Source: a virus
Reading direction: 5' to 3' (one strand)
Virus record (IMG/VR): IMGVR_UViG_3300027708_000030
Span: 1 to 64,000 of that record
Length of the DNA: 64,000 nt
The notes beneath the pieces were generated by a model. That model did no database searches and was not told the origin of the DNA. It worked only from the letters and a program-made list of their open reading frames with translations. Both the position numbers and the translations under genes were made by a program. Below, piece by piece: positions 1 through 9,822 of this stretch. Positions within the stretch are counted from its first letter, which is position 1, and each line of letters opens with the position of its first letter.

Positions 1-140
1 TTGAAGGTGTATCTGGAACTAAGTTAAGAGAACTAGCATCATCTGGTAAGAAAGAAGAATTCCACAAACATCTATCTTCACAGATGAAACCAGAACACAA
101 AGATGAATTATACAACGATCTTAGAAGGGCTATGAAATGA
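1..140 (+). CDS. 3' end of cytidyltransferase-like protein (partial)
   Basis: Frame from base 3 reads EGVSGTKLRELASSGKKEEFHKHL...RRAMK*. The GxSxTKxR motif is typical of the C-terminus of T4-like phage cytidyltransferases. Confidence 0.6.
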   Translation, partial: EGVSGTKLRELASSGKKEEFHKHLSSQMKPEHKDELYNDLRRAMK

Positions 141-484
141 AGAAACTAATTTTAGTTTTAGCAGTAGCATTATCTGGTTGTGCAGTAATCTTTCCTAAGC
201 CACATGATCCAGTTATGTTTGGTCAGGCAATCGATGTTAAGGTAGGACTAAGTAAAATTAGTTGTGAAGACAAATCTAACTGGCAACCAGTATTAGATAA
301 AGTAGAAACTCTTAAGGTTTACTCTACAGAACGTGGTGATCCACAATCCGATTCATTTGGAAAAATGGAAGAAGCATTAAAGAAAGCAAAAGATAGTAAG
401 AGCAATACATTCTGCGAAAGCATTGTTAAACTTAATAGAACAAGAGTCGATGTTACCATCGATGCTTGGAAAGGTAGAAAATGA
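137..484 (+). CDS. hypothetical lipoprotein
   Basis: Signal peptide with lipobox LSGC; ATGA overlap with the upstream gene. Confidence 0.65.
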   Translation: MKKLILVLAVALSGCAVIFPKPHDPVMFGQAIDVKVGLSKISCEDKSNWQPVLDKVETLKVYSTERGDPQSDSFGKMEEALKKAKDSKSNTFCESIVKLNRTRVDVTIDAWKGRK

Positions 485-717
485 GTATCCTCAATGAATT
501 AAGAGAACAGGCTGGACTTGGTGGTCCAGCAGCAGCATTGGCAAACGAACTTCTAGTAATCCATGAAAACTACTCTAATGGAGAACTAACCTCCGAAGAA
601 TACGGATTCCTACTACAAGAAATCGCTGATATTCGTGCTCAGCAGGAACTAGCCTCAGACGAAATCGCCTGTCGTTGGATCGTTGCTGCAGCACAGGCTC
701 TAATATCCACTATGTAA
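481..717 (+). CDS. hypothetical protein
   Basis: 78-aa ORF coupled to the upstream gene by an ATGA overlap. Confidence 0.65.
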   Translation: MSILNELREQAGLGGPAAALANELLVIHENYSNGELTSEEYGFLLQEIADIRAQQELASDEIACRWIVAAAQALISTM

Positions 718-755
718 GGATACAAACTCCTAAATAAGTATGTACTACTTTATAG

Positions 756-2687
756 ATGGATCGTATGAAAGATTATAGACAACTAATAAAAGAATTACCC
801 TCAACTACATTGGTATGTGCACTTGGAGATTTTGATCCTCCAACTACCGCACATGAGTTGTTGGTTAAAACTGTCAATAGACTGGCGGAACAGAAGAATA
901 CCGACCACGTCATCTACGCATCCACTAAAGATAGTCTTATTCAAGAAGACAAAAAGGAACACTACTTAAAGTTAATGTTCCCAAAGACTAAGTTCAAGTC
1001 CGTGAACGAGTCCAAGATTAGCAATCTCCTTGAAGAACTATCAAAGAAATACAAAAAGATTGTAATTGTTGCTGGAAGCGAACAAGTTGCTGGACTCAAG
1101 AAACTTGTTAAAGAAAACACCGAAATTATTGCAATCAACGAGAAGAATCCTGACGCTAATTATGCTAAAATGAAGCAGTTGGCAGTTAAAGGATTGTACG
1201 AAGAATTTAAGAAGAAGTTGCCAAGCACTATTCGTGAACTTGATGGTCGTCGTTTAATGAACGATGTGCGCATGGGTTTAGGTTTAGATCCAGTTAAAGA
1301 GCAACTTGTTCTAGTTAAAGATAAACTACGTGAACAATATTTTCGTGGAGAGATTTTTAACGAAGGTGATATTGTAGAATCAAATGGCGAGCAATTTACT
1401 ATTGTAAAACGTGGTTCAAATCATTTGTTGTTAAAAGAAGAATCTGGCAAACTTGTATCAAAATGGATTCAAGATGTCCAACCAATGGAAGACAAAGTAA
1501 TGAACGAAGGTGTTATCCAACCAAATGGTACTGATAAACTTGATGTAAGTACATCAGATACTGGTGCTAAAAAAGATGACAAAGAACCAAAGGGTAAAAC
1601 TAAAGGGTTCATGACATTCTATAATTACAATACAAAAGATACTGTTAAAGAAGAAATTCAAATTGATGAATTGTCTACTGATCTATTGGCAAGATATAAA
1701 ACAGCATCACATGCATCTGCAAAAGCAGCGGATGCTTCTGGTAACTATGCTAAAGGTGACAAGCGTTTCAAAGGTATCAACAAAGCAACTACCAAACAAT
1801 TCGATAATGATCTAAAGAAACATGGTCAATACAAAGAAGAATTAGAAGAGAATCATATCGTTCATGTGGATGATGGTAGCAAGTATGGCGAACAACCTCA
1901 TGATAAAGATGTTGAGCATGTAATGTCTGGTGTTAACACACATGGCGGTGAATTCGATGGACATTCAGATAAAGGTGCTTTCTTCAAATTCAAATCGCAC
2001 AGTGATGCTAAGAACTTTGTAGATCATGTTAAAAGATCCCCGCATAAAACTGTTGGTGCAGATCTACATGAAGAAACTAAAAAGAAAGAAGTTTGTCCAG
2101 AGTGTGGTGAACCTAAATGCGAATGTGATGTTGGTACAGATAAAACTTCTTACAATCAACCATTCGATCCATTCTTCAAAGAAGATTTTACTGAACAAGA
2201 AATTGATGAGATGGTAAACTCTGTTACTGACGAAGACATTGAAGATCTCTATGAAGAAGACGAAATTGTTTTAGTCTATGATGATACTGGTGAAGAGATT
2301 CCACCACTACAAGAAGAATCAAAGTATGATTTGATGGAAGTTCTTTCTCGTACAGAACGTATGAGAGGTAAGATTCGTCTACGCAAGACTTCTGCAAAAC
2401 GTGGTCGCTCCACTAGGATTGCATTACAGCGTTTCTCAAATCCAACAACTATTAATAAACGTGCACGTCGTCTTGCCATTAAATTAATGAAGAAACGTAT
2501 GCTACGTGGTCGTGATTACTCTAAGATTTCCGTTGGTGAAAAAGAACGTATGGAAAAAGTAATGTCAAAACGCAAAGATGTTATTGGGCGCATTGCTCAA
2601 AAATTAGTTTCTCGTGTTCGTAAAGTAGAGAAGTCGAGAATGTCTCATGGTAAAGTTACTAAAGGGAGTATACCAAGTGTATTTTAA
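756..2687 (+). CDS. multidomain protein with N-terminal degenerate cytidyltransferase-like domain; probable virion/internal head protein
   Basis: LGDFDPPTTAHELL resembles FGRFNPPTxGH. Also LREQYFRGEIFNEGD, acidic linkers with I/L-D/E-E motifs, and a basic C-terminus. Late promoter CTAAATA near 730. Confidence 0.6.
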   Translation: MDRMKDYRQLIKELPSTTLVCALGDFDPPTTAHELLVKTVNRLAEQKNTDHVIYASTKDSLIQEDKKEHYLKLMFPKTKFKSVNESKISNLLEELSKKYKKIVIVAGSEQVAGLKKLVKENTEIIAINEKNPDANYAKMKQLAVKGLYEEFKKKLPSTIRELDGRRLMNDVRMGLGLDPVKEQLVLVKDKLREQYFRGEIFNEGDIVESNGEQFTIVKRGSNHLLLKEESGKLVSKWIQDVQPMEDKVMNEGVIQPNGTDKLDVSTSDTGAKKDDKEPKGKTKGFMTFYNYNTKDTVKEEIQIDELSTDLLARYKTASHASAKAADASGNYAKGDKRFKGINKATTKQFDNDLKKHGQYKEELEENHIVHVDDGSKYGEQPHDKDVEHVMSGVNTHGGEFDGHSDKGAFFKFKSHSDAKNFVDHVKRSPHKTVGADLHEETKKKEVCPECGEPKCECDVGTDKTSYNQPFDPFFKEDFTEQEIDEMVNSVTDEDIEDLYEEDEIVLVYDDTGEEIPPLQEESKYDLMEVLSRTERMRGKIRLRKTSAKRGRSTRIALQRFSNPTTINKRARRLAIKLMKKRMLRGRDYSKISVGEKERMEKVMSKRKDVIGRIAQKLVSRVRKVEKSRMSHGKVTKGSIPSVF

Positions 2688-3372
2688 ATCTTTCTCAGAC
2701 CATTTGTCTGAAACTTGTAACTGTTGGAAAGGTTACAAGCGCAAACCTGGAACTACACCATGTGCTGAAGGTTCATGCATTAAAGAAGGTAAGCGTGGGT
2801 TGTGGGATAATATCCATGCCAAACAAAAACGAATCAAAGCTGGTTCTGGTGAAAAGATGCGCACACCTGGAAGCGAAGGTGCTCCAACTGATGCAGCATT
2901 GAAGGCATCTCAAACAAATGAGGCTGCTAACATGGCTCAACAAGCAGCAATTGCCATTGCCATGAAAAAAGCTGGTAAGAAACCAAAGAATGAAGAAGTT
3001 GAAGCACAGTTTGATCTAATTGAATCTGTTGTTGAAGAATTAGCATTGTTACACAATATTGATCCAGAAGTTCTTTGGGAAAAGTTTGAAGAGTTTACTG
3101 ACGAACAATTATTAGAGTATGCAGTTGATGCTAAAGGACATAAGTCATCTACTGGTGGACTAACCCAAAAGGGTCGTGATGCATACAATGCTAAGGGTGC
3201 ACATTTACAAGCACCAGTGACAACTCCTCCATCTAAATTAAAAGCTGGAAGTAAAGCATCAAATCGTCGTAAGTCTTTCTGTGCACGAATGGGTGGTATG
3301 GAAGGTCCAATGAAGAAACCAAATGGCGAGCCAAGTCGTAAGGCACTCGCACTTAGAAAGTGGAACTGTTAA
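2677..3372 (+). CDS. conserved phage hypothetical protein (CWKGY / RRKSFCARM...LRKWNC modules)
   Basis: Modules recurrent in T4-like phages; GTG start chosen at 2677. Confidence 0.65.
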   Translation: MYFKSFSDHLSETCNCWKGYKRKPGTTPCAEGSCIKEGKRGLWDNIHAKQKRIKAGSGEKMRTPGSEGAPTDAALKASQTNEAANMAQQAAIAIAMKKAGKKPKNEEVEAQFDLIESVVEELALLHNIDPEVLWEKFEEFTDEQLLEYAVDAKGHKSSTGGLTQKGRDAYNAKGAHLQAPVTTPPSKLKAGSKASNRRKSFCARMGGMEGPMKKPNGEPSRKALALRKWNC

Positions 3373-3373
3373 A

Positions 3374-3820
3374 ATGGAAGAATTAATAATAGCATTAAAA
3401 GTCTTGATGGCAAATCAAACCTTCATGTACTTTAAAACCCATACTTATCACTGGAATATTGAGGGTATTGAATTCTCTCAGTATCATGATTTTTTTGGGG
3501 ATCTTTATATCGACATTTATAATTCAGTAGATCCAACTGCAGAACAAATTCGTGCGTTAGATCATTATACTCCAATCAGTCTTGGTGAATTATATCGTTA
3601 TAAAACTATTGACGAAAACGAAACTCGTGTAGAGTTAATTAGCGATATGCTCTCAACACTAATTACAGATAACGATAAAGTAATTGCAAGCCTAAATAGA
3701 GTATTCGCTCTTGGTACAAGAGAAAACAAACAAGGTTTATGTAACTTTATTGCAGATCGACTAGATACACATGCAAAACACGGTTGGATGTTACGTGCTA
3801 GTATGAAGAAAATAGGATAA
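3374..3820 (+). CDS. dps: Dps/ferritin-like DNA protection protein
   Basis: KTHTYHWNIEGIEFSQYHDFF...DPTAEQIRAL...HAKHGWMLRA Dps signature. Confidence 0.9.
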   Translation: MEELIIALKVLMANQTFMYFKTHTYHWNIEGIEFSQYHDFFGDLYIDIYNSVDPTAEQIRALDHYTPISLGELYRYKTIDENETRVELISDMLSTLITDNDKVIASLNRVFALGTRENKQGLCNFIADRLDTHAKHGWMLRASMKKIG

Positions 3821-3824
3821 TAAA

Positions 3825-5783
3825 ATGGAATACAATCAATTCATGGAAGCGTTGAAGGGTAAACAAAAGAAATTGGACAAGAACCACAATGGTGAACTTG
3901 ACTCTCAAGATTTTAAGATTCTTCGTAAAGAAGAAACTGAAGAGTTAGACGAAATTCATCGTATGAAGACTAAACTTAATAAGTTAGATCCGTTCAGCAA
4001 TCGTTCAGTTGCTCGCCAAAAATTGAGCAATCTAATGAAGTCTGGTAAAGCCAGAGGTGCTTTGATTGCCAATAAGATGAGAACTCTAAACATGGGTGAC
4101 GATTTAGATCAAGAAGATCTAGATGCACTCCACGAAGTTTTATCAAAAGATGCTAAGGCTGGTGATTACATCTCTGATTTTGTTCATAGCGATAATCCAA
4201 AGTTTGATGGTAAGTCTAAAAAAGAACGTATCAAAATGGCTCTTGGTGCCTACTACGATACTAACAAGAAGAAAGATGGTGTCTCTGAAGGATACCAAAG
4301 TTACTCTGGTAGAAGCCATGGTAATCCATATGGCGGTGGTGGTTTTGGTAAAAGAGAACGAGAAGATGACGAGTATCATGTTCCAGATCCAACTCCAATA
4401 GCACCAGTACCTGATCGTAAGTATATCAGAGGTACTCCTGAGAACAAAGCGCACAAAGCTGCAAACAAACCAATCAATGGTCATCCGACAAATGAAGAAG
4501 TTGAGGGTTGGAAACTTGATTCTAGTCACAAGCATCCTGATGGTAGTCGTACTGTAAAAGTTAAGCACGAAAATGGTGCAGTGCAAGTTCATACTAACAA
4601 AAATGTAAAGGCATTGCAAACATTGTTGCAACAACGATACAAAGTCAACTTTGCTGAAGAATTTGAACAGGTTGAAGAAGATAAAATGACAACAACAAAA
4701 GATAAATCAGGTAAACTGGTCTCTTTCAAATACGAAGGTGATTGGAAAAAATCTACTGAGAAAAAACAAGGTTCTGGTAAAGCAGCAAACCTCGCTGGTC
4801 AAGCAATGCAGAAAATGTCAGGGGTACAGAATCTTGCAAGAGCACGTGCCAACAACATGAATTCAGAAGAAGTAGAACAAATTGATGAACTTAATGACAA
4901 TTTACATCCAGCAGGTGCTGCTTTATTAAAGCATATTAAACCACAACATCACAATCTCTATAAACCGCATTTAGCAAAAGGTACTTTCAATGGTTCATAT
5001 AAAGATCGTACTGATGTTTTGGCTGCAGCCAAAAAAGCTGGTCACTTAGAAGAAGCAAAAGACGAACAAGAGTATGGTTACGAAGGTGACATGGCTCTAA
5101 ATCAATTGGCAACTCTAACACGATGTGCTGAAATGATCAAAGATATGCTCAAACCAGATACTGATATGCCAGAATGGGTTCAATCTAAGATTACTCTTGC
5201 CACTGACTATATTCAAACTGCAGCTGACTATATGTACTCTGAGATGAATGAGGGTGCACAATATGCTGGTTTAGAAAAAGAAGATAAACCTGGAAAAATT
5301 AAAACTGCAGTTGTTAAACTACATCCAAAGGGTGTTGGCTCTGAAACTGTTGAAGGCTGGAAAGATGCAAAGAAACCAGTAGCAGAAGCAGTTCAAAAGG
5401 TAGACATTCCTGCTTACCTACGCAAAGCAAAAGGTGATACACCATTAAAGATGTCTGACCTAAAGCGTAAAGATACTATTTCTGATCCAGAAAATCTAAA
5501 GAAAAATCGTTTGACAGATTCTTTCGATAACGAAGGTAACTTAATCTCTAATAAGATTTCATACAAAGATTTTATTACGGAAATTAAATTGGCTGATCTA
5601 CCAGTTCGTAGAATTCAGGGGCATTCTTATGGAGCAAATTACTCTGATCCAGAAGGAGCAGATGATGCTGATGATAATAAACCAATGAAGCCAGCAGCTG
5701 AAAAGCGTGGTCGTGGTCGCCCAGCTGGGGCAAAATCTGGTGCTCGTAAGATTACAGGCACTTCAAAACTAATGAATAAATAA
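3825..5783 (+). CDS. large mosaic protein, probable internal head protein
   Basis: EF-hand-like LDKNHNGELDSQDF, repeated EExEQIDE linkers, PEWVQSKITLATDY module, AT-hook-like KRGRGRP. Confidence 0.6.
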   Translation: MEYNQFMEALKGKQKKLDKNHNGELDSQDFKILRKEETEELDEIHRMKTKLNKLDPFSNRSVARQKLSNLMKSGKARGALIANKMRTLNMGDDLDQEDLDALHEVLSKDAKAGDYISDFVHSDNPKFDGKSKKERIKMALGAYYDTNKKKDGVSEGYQSYSGRSHGNPYGGGGFGKREREDDEYHVPDPTPIAPVPDRKYIRGTPENKAHKAANKPINGHPTNEEVEGWKLDSSHKHPDGSRTVKVKHENGAVQVHTNKNVKALQTLLQQRYKVNFAEEFEQVEEDKMTTTKDKSGKLVSFKYEGDWKKSTEKKQGSGKAANLAGQAMQKMSGVQNLARARANNMNSEEVEQIDELNDNLHPAGAALLKHIKPQHHNLYKPHLAKGTFNGSYKDRTDVLAAAKKAGHLEEAKDEQEYGYEGDMALNQLATLTRCAEMIKDMLKPDTDMPEWVQSKITLATDYIQTAADYMYSEMNEGAQYAGLEKEDKPGKIKTAVVKLHPKGVGSETVEGWKDAKKPVAEAVQKVDIPAYLRKAKGDTPLKMSDLKRKDTISDPENLKKNRLTDSFDNEGNLISNKISYKDFITEIKLADLPVRRIQGHSYGANYSDPEGADDADDNKPMKPAAEKRGRGRPAGAKSGARKITGTSKLMNK

Positions 5784-5812
5784 AGTAAAGTCCAAATCTA
5801 AGGAGACACAAA

Positions 5813-7087
5813 ATGGCACTATGGGGCAACAAAGACTCTAAAACAGCAAGTGGAACTATCGCTATCGCATCAACAGGTGTGGTAACTGGTACTTCTACTG
5901 CTTTCACTACACAAGCAAAAACTGGTAATACTATCCGTGCAAGCGGTGTAGATTTCCAAATCGTTTCAATCACATCTGATACTGTGGCTAAAGTAATCAT
6001 GGGAGCAAACAATGGTAACGGCACAGTTACTACTGTTTCTGGTGGTACTTCTTACACATTATCTGAGAAGCCAGTATTCGTTTCACACGGATCTACAGAT
6101 AGCGTTCCTAATCTAGGCGACTCTAACAAAGTATTCGGTGTTGACACTACTGAAGTTAAAGCAGGTGGCGACAACGTAACTAACGTGGCAGTTGTTTCTG
6201 GTAAAACTCGTTACATTGGTACTGCTCCAGCAGTAACATTCTCTGGCGGTGGTGGTTCTTCTGCTGCAGCTACTGCAACTATCGCTGGTGGTGTAGTTAC
6301 AGCAATCACTGTCACTAACGTAGGTTCTTCTTATACTTCTGTACCGACAGTTGCCATTGCTAAACCTGCTCGTATTATTCCTACTTCTGGAATTACTATT
6401 GCTACTGATACTGTTGCTTATACTGCACATGGCTTAGTTGCCAATGAAGAAGTTAAGTATAACAATGGTGGTGGTGCTTCTGCCACTGGTTTAACTTCTA
6501 CTACATCTTATTATGTTGCTACTGCTGGTCGTACTGCCAATGCGTTCGAAGTTAAGGCAGCAGCAACTACTGGTACTCTTGCAGCAACTGTTGCTACTTC
6601 TGGTACTGGTGGTCAATTCACTTGCGGTGCTTCTACTCTTGCTGCTAATGATCGTGTTACTATCACTGGTACAAATACTGGTACTGGCACTATTACTGGC
6701 TACGCAACTGGCACAACTTATAAAGTTTCTGCCGTTACTGGTACTTCTCCAAGCGTAACTGGTTTCACACTAACTACTGAAGCTGGTGTTGCTATTGTTA
6801 CTACTGCTGGTACTTTGGTTGGTTTGACTTATACAACTGAAACAGTTATCGATATTTCTGGTACTGGTAATAATGCTCAGTACTTTGAAATCCAAAACGC
6901 TGCAGATCAAGCAACAGCTACTGCTTCACTAGGTGAAGGTACATCTGGTGGTGCTGCACATGCTGGTTGGACTCGTCGTATTGTTGGTACTGGCGGTCGT
7001 GCTGGTCGTGTTCAAACTGAAGTTTTAGTTGCCATGGGTTCAATCACTGGTGACCAAGCTGACGATATCCAATATCCAGACGCATAA
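5813..7087 (+). CDS. virion structural protein (T/G-rich, fibre/decoration-like)
   Basis: MALWG N-terminus, AHAGW...GRVQTEVLVAM C-terminus, Thr/Gly-rich beta repeats. Strong SD AAGGAG and ATAAATA late promoter upstream. Confidence 0.75.
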   Translation: MALWGNKDSKTASGTIAIASTGVVTGTSTAFTTQAKTGNTIRASGVDFQIVSITSDTVAKVIMGANNGNGTVTTVSGGTSYTLSEKPVFVSHGSTDSVPNLGDSNKVFGVDTTEVKAGGDNVTNVAVVSGKTRYIGTAPAVTFSGGGGSSAAATATIAGGVVTAITVTNVGSSYTSVPTVAIAKPARIIPTSGITIATDTVAYTAHGLVANEEVKYNNGGGASATGLTSTTSYYVATAGRTANAFEVKAAATTGTLAATVATSGTGGQFTCGASTLAANDRVTITGTNTGTGTITGYATGTTYKVSAVTGTSPSVTGFTLTTEAGVAIVTTAGTLVGLTYTTETVIDISGTGNNAQYFEIQNAADQATATASLGEGTSGGAAHAGWTRRIVGTGGRAGRVQTEVLVAMGSITGDQADDIQYPDA

Positions 7088-7159
7088 TAAATAATAATAC
7101 CTAGAACGAGATGGGGTTGTAACAAACCCCATCAATCTACATTTTAATAGGAGTGCCAA

Positions 7160-7756
7160 ATGGCAGATCAAAAGATATCAGAATTAACCGCAGCAACCTC
7201 TGCTGCATCAGCAGACTTACTGAACATCGTACAAGGTGGTTCAAACAAGAAACTGACAGTTGCTAATTTCTTAGCAAACTTAAACTCCCCAGTTGTAATC
7301 AATGCGAATGGTGCTGACCAAGATACTCGTATCGCTGGTGACAATGATGCCAATTTATTGTATACTGATGCAGGTACAGATAAAGTTGGTGTAGGTACTT
7401 CAACTCCAACAGAAAAATTAGATGTTTATGGTAATCTAGCAATTACTAATGGTTATCTACGTTTATCATCTACTCCACAAGCATTAACTGGTTCTGGTTC
7501 GTTGGTTGTGAATACAACTGCAGCCGTTACGTATGTAACAACTACTGGTTCTGCAACTCTATCATTAGGTGATGGTGTTCAAGGACAAGAGAAAACAATA
7601 GCAATGATTGGCTATGCTGGAAGTGCTGTTTTAACACCATCTTCACCTGTTGGTTTTACAACTATTACTTTTACTGGTGTTAGTAATACTGTTCGTTTGA
7701 TTTTCTTGAATACTAAGTGGCGCATCTTAAGCAATTACGGAGCAACAGTCGCTTAA
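7160..7756 (+). CDS. virion structural protein
   Basis: MADQKISELT N-terminus and VGVGTSTPTEKLDV fibre-type repeat. Confidence 0.7.
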   Translation: MADQKISELTAATSAASADLLNIVQGGSNKKLTVANFLANLNSPVVINANGADQDTRIAGDNDANLLYTDAGTDKVGVGTSTPTEKLDVYGNLAITNGYLRLSSTPQALTGSGSLVVNTTAAVTYVTTTGSATLSLGDGVQGQEKTIAMIGYAGSAVLTPSSPVGFTTITFTGVSNTVRLIFLNTKWRILSNYGATVA

Positions 7757-7795
7757 CATTTCGTTTTGAATTATTATTAGAAAGTGAAAAGTTAG

Positions 7796-8173
7796 GTGAA
7801 AGAAAAGTTAAATGAATCAAACTTCTTAGTTTTTGCAATGCATCATTATGATAATCCTCAGTGTCATAGCCTGCAAGAATTTGAAGAGGATTTGAAGAAG
7901 TTCTTATATCTTAAGAAATTACTCTCAAGGTATAAAAACAATAGAGAGTTAAGAGAGCGATTGATACTAAATCATATTATAGTTTTGTATAATATTTTCG
8001 GTGAAAACGCAACTCAAATGTTGTTTTATAAGATAGACGAGTCCTGTTGGGATTCACTAATTACATTTTTAGTGTATCTCGATAGGATGCCAGAAACGAT
8101 ACCAGAATTGAATATTGTTTTATCTGATATAGTTTTAGATGAAAACATTATATCAACACTTAGGAAAATTTAA
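7796..8173 (+). CDS. conserved T4-like hypothetical protein
   Basis: FAMHHYDNPQC...EFEEDL...LRERLILNHIIVLYNIFG motif; GTG start. Confidence 0.75.
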   Translation: MKEKLNESNFLVFAMHHYDNPQCHSLQEFEEDLKKFLYLKKLLSRYKNNRELRERLILNHIIVLYNIFGENATQMLFYKIDESCWDSLITFLVYLDRMPETIPELNIVLSDIVLDENIISTLRKI

Positions 8174-8712
8174 TGAGTCGCATAGTAGACAACTTAATTG
8201 CATATCGAATTCTCAAAATGTTAGTCACTAACTTTGAGAACACAGACGCATTCAAACTAGGTATTATTGATGCTAAGGGTAAGAACATCCGTAAAGCAAA
8301 TACTTTACAGACATCAAAAGAACGTGACGCTTATACTTACCTCAATCGTTTAGTCTTCAATGTTAAGAAGATTATCAATAGACTTCCAGGTGGTGAAAGT
8401 AAAATGAAATCATTGGTTGCAGCACTATGGTTAGTAAAAGAACAATACCAATCAGGCAGTCGTTCAACTGCAATGCTCCAAGAAAAGTTTGACAATATCA
8501 TGAAACTGTTGGATAATAGAGTGTCTCTTGTTGAAGAAGAGATTCTTGTTAAAAAGTTTCTTGATGAAGATGGCGCAGTAGCGAATGTTACTGGTGCTGC
8601 AGTTTCTACCAATGAACCAAAGATTGGTCCAAAGGAAATTAAGAAATACAAAGCTGGTCAAGCATCCACCATTGCAGGAATGATTCGTCGTCCGAAACCT
8701 GTAGGAGTTTAA
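8173..8712 (+). CDS. conserved T4-like hypothetical protein
   Basis: YRILKMLVT.F...DAFKLGIIDAKG motif; coupled start. Confidence 0.7.
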   Translation: MSRIVDNLIAYRILKMLVTNFENTDAFKLGIIDAKGKNIRKANTLQTSKERDAYTYLNRLVFNVKKIINRLPGGESKMKSLVAALWLVKEQYQSGSRSTAMLQEKFDNIMKLLDNRVSLVEEEILVKKFLDEDGAVANVTGAAVSTNEPKIGPKEIKKYKAGQASTIAGMIRRPKPVGV

Positions 8713-8713
8713 G

Positions 8714-9154
8714 ATGTGGATGTTGTCATTTGTACCTGATGCGTTACTTCATATTGTAGTCATTGGTATTATGATTGCTGGTATAGCAATCTATGCTCTT
8801 AGTTTTCTTACAAGATTTGTCCCACCACTAATTCCTTATTCTGGAATCGCCAGAATATTTGGAACTATCCTTACTGTTGTAGGGATTTATTTTTTTGGTA
8901 GTTACTCCACTGAGATGTTATGGAGAGCAAAAGTAACAGAATTAGAAAAACAAATTAAAATTTCTGAAGCAAAATCTAAAGAAATAAATATCCAAATACA
9001 AAAAGTATATGTTGATAGAGTTAAAGTAGTAAAACAAACTCAAATAGTGATACAAGAAAAGATTAAAGAAGTAGAAATTAAAATTGATTCTGAGTGTAAA
9101 GTTGCACCTGAAGCGGTCGATATACTAAATGAAGCAGCAGGAGTGAAAAAATGA
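8714..9154 (+). CDS. putative inner-membrane spanin (Rz-like)
   Basis: N-terminal TM segments, coiled coil, C-terminal Cys; overlaps the downstream lipoprotein. Confidence 0.65.
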   Translation: MWMLSFVPDALLHIVVIGIMIAGIAIYALSFLTRFVPPLIPYSGIARIFGTILTVVGIYFFGSYSTEMLWRAKVTELEKQIKISEAKSKEINIQIQKVYVDRVKVVKQTQIVIQEKIKEVEIKIDSECKVAPEAVDILNEAAGVKK

Positions 9155-9411
9155 AAACCCTTCTAGTTGCTCTAACAATATTAATATTAACTGGATGTAG
9201 CACACCAGTTAAAAGAAATTTTCCATCTGTTCCAACTGAACTAATGGAAGCGTGTCCTGACTTGAAGAAAACTAAACCTACTGAGAAGTTGAGTGAAGTA
9301 TTGAAAGTCGTAGTGGACAATTATGGACAATATCATGAATGTAAAATTAAAGTTGATACTTGGATTGAATGGTACAAAACACAACGAGACATTTTTGAGA
9401 GTGTAAAATAA
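9151..9411 (+). CDS. putative outer-membrane spanin lipoprotein (Rz1-like)
   Basis: Lipobox LTGC; Pro-rich PSVPTELMEACP; NYGQYHEC. Confidence 0.75.
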   Translation: MKTLLVALTILILTGCSTPVKRNFPSVPTELMEACPDLKKTKPTEKLSEVLKVVVDNYGQYHECKIKVDTWIEWYKTQRDIFESVK

Positions 9412-9765
9412 ATGGATACAGAAAGACTAGCTAAATTGGAAGCACAAGTAGAAACTATAAAAGAGGATGTCAAAGAGTTGAAATCTGATCTTAAAGAAGT
9501 GCACTCTCGTATTACTACATCCAATAGAGAAATCGTTGATAAGATTGACGATATGCAAACTCGCATTGAACATAAGATGCAAGCTAATGCTCAAATCTCT
9601 CAAGACCAACATGCTGAAATTAAAAAGGATGTTGTGCAAGATTTAGAAAAGATGAACACTAGAGTTGCAGCACTTGAGCAGTGGAAGTGGTATGTAATCG
9701 GTGGTGCTGCAGTTGCAGGTTTTATTCTCGGACATATCAACGAGATTGTAAAGTATATAAAATAA
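9412..9765 (+). CDS. coiled-coil protein with C-terminal TM (holin/XhlA-like)
   Basis: Heptad coiled coil followed by WYVIGGAAVAGFIL TM; adjacent to the spanins. Confidence 0.5.
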   Translation: MDTERLAKLEAQVETIKEDVKELKSDLKEVHSRITTSNREIVDKIDDMQTRIEHKMQANAQISQDQHAEIKKDVVQDLEKMNTRVAALEQWKWYVIGGAAVAGFILGHINEIVKYIK

Positions 9766-9822
9766 AACTTGTTTTGTAATGATAAGTAGGGTATAATTGT
9801 ACTCTACTAGTGGAGATTTGTA

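Noticed and set aside
7109-7133. Hairpin GATGGGGTT-GTAACA-AACCCCATC as novel RNA
   Set aside because: A simple intergenic stem-loop between late genes, most likely a stabiliser or processing site.
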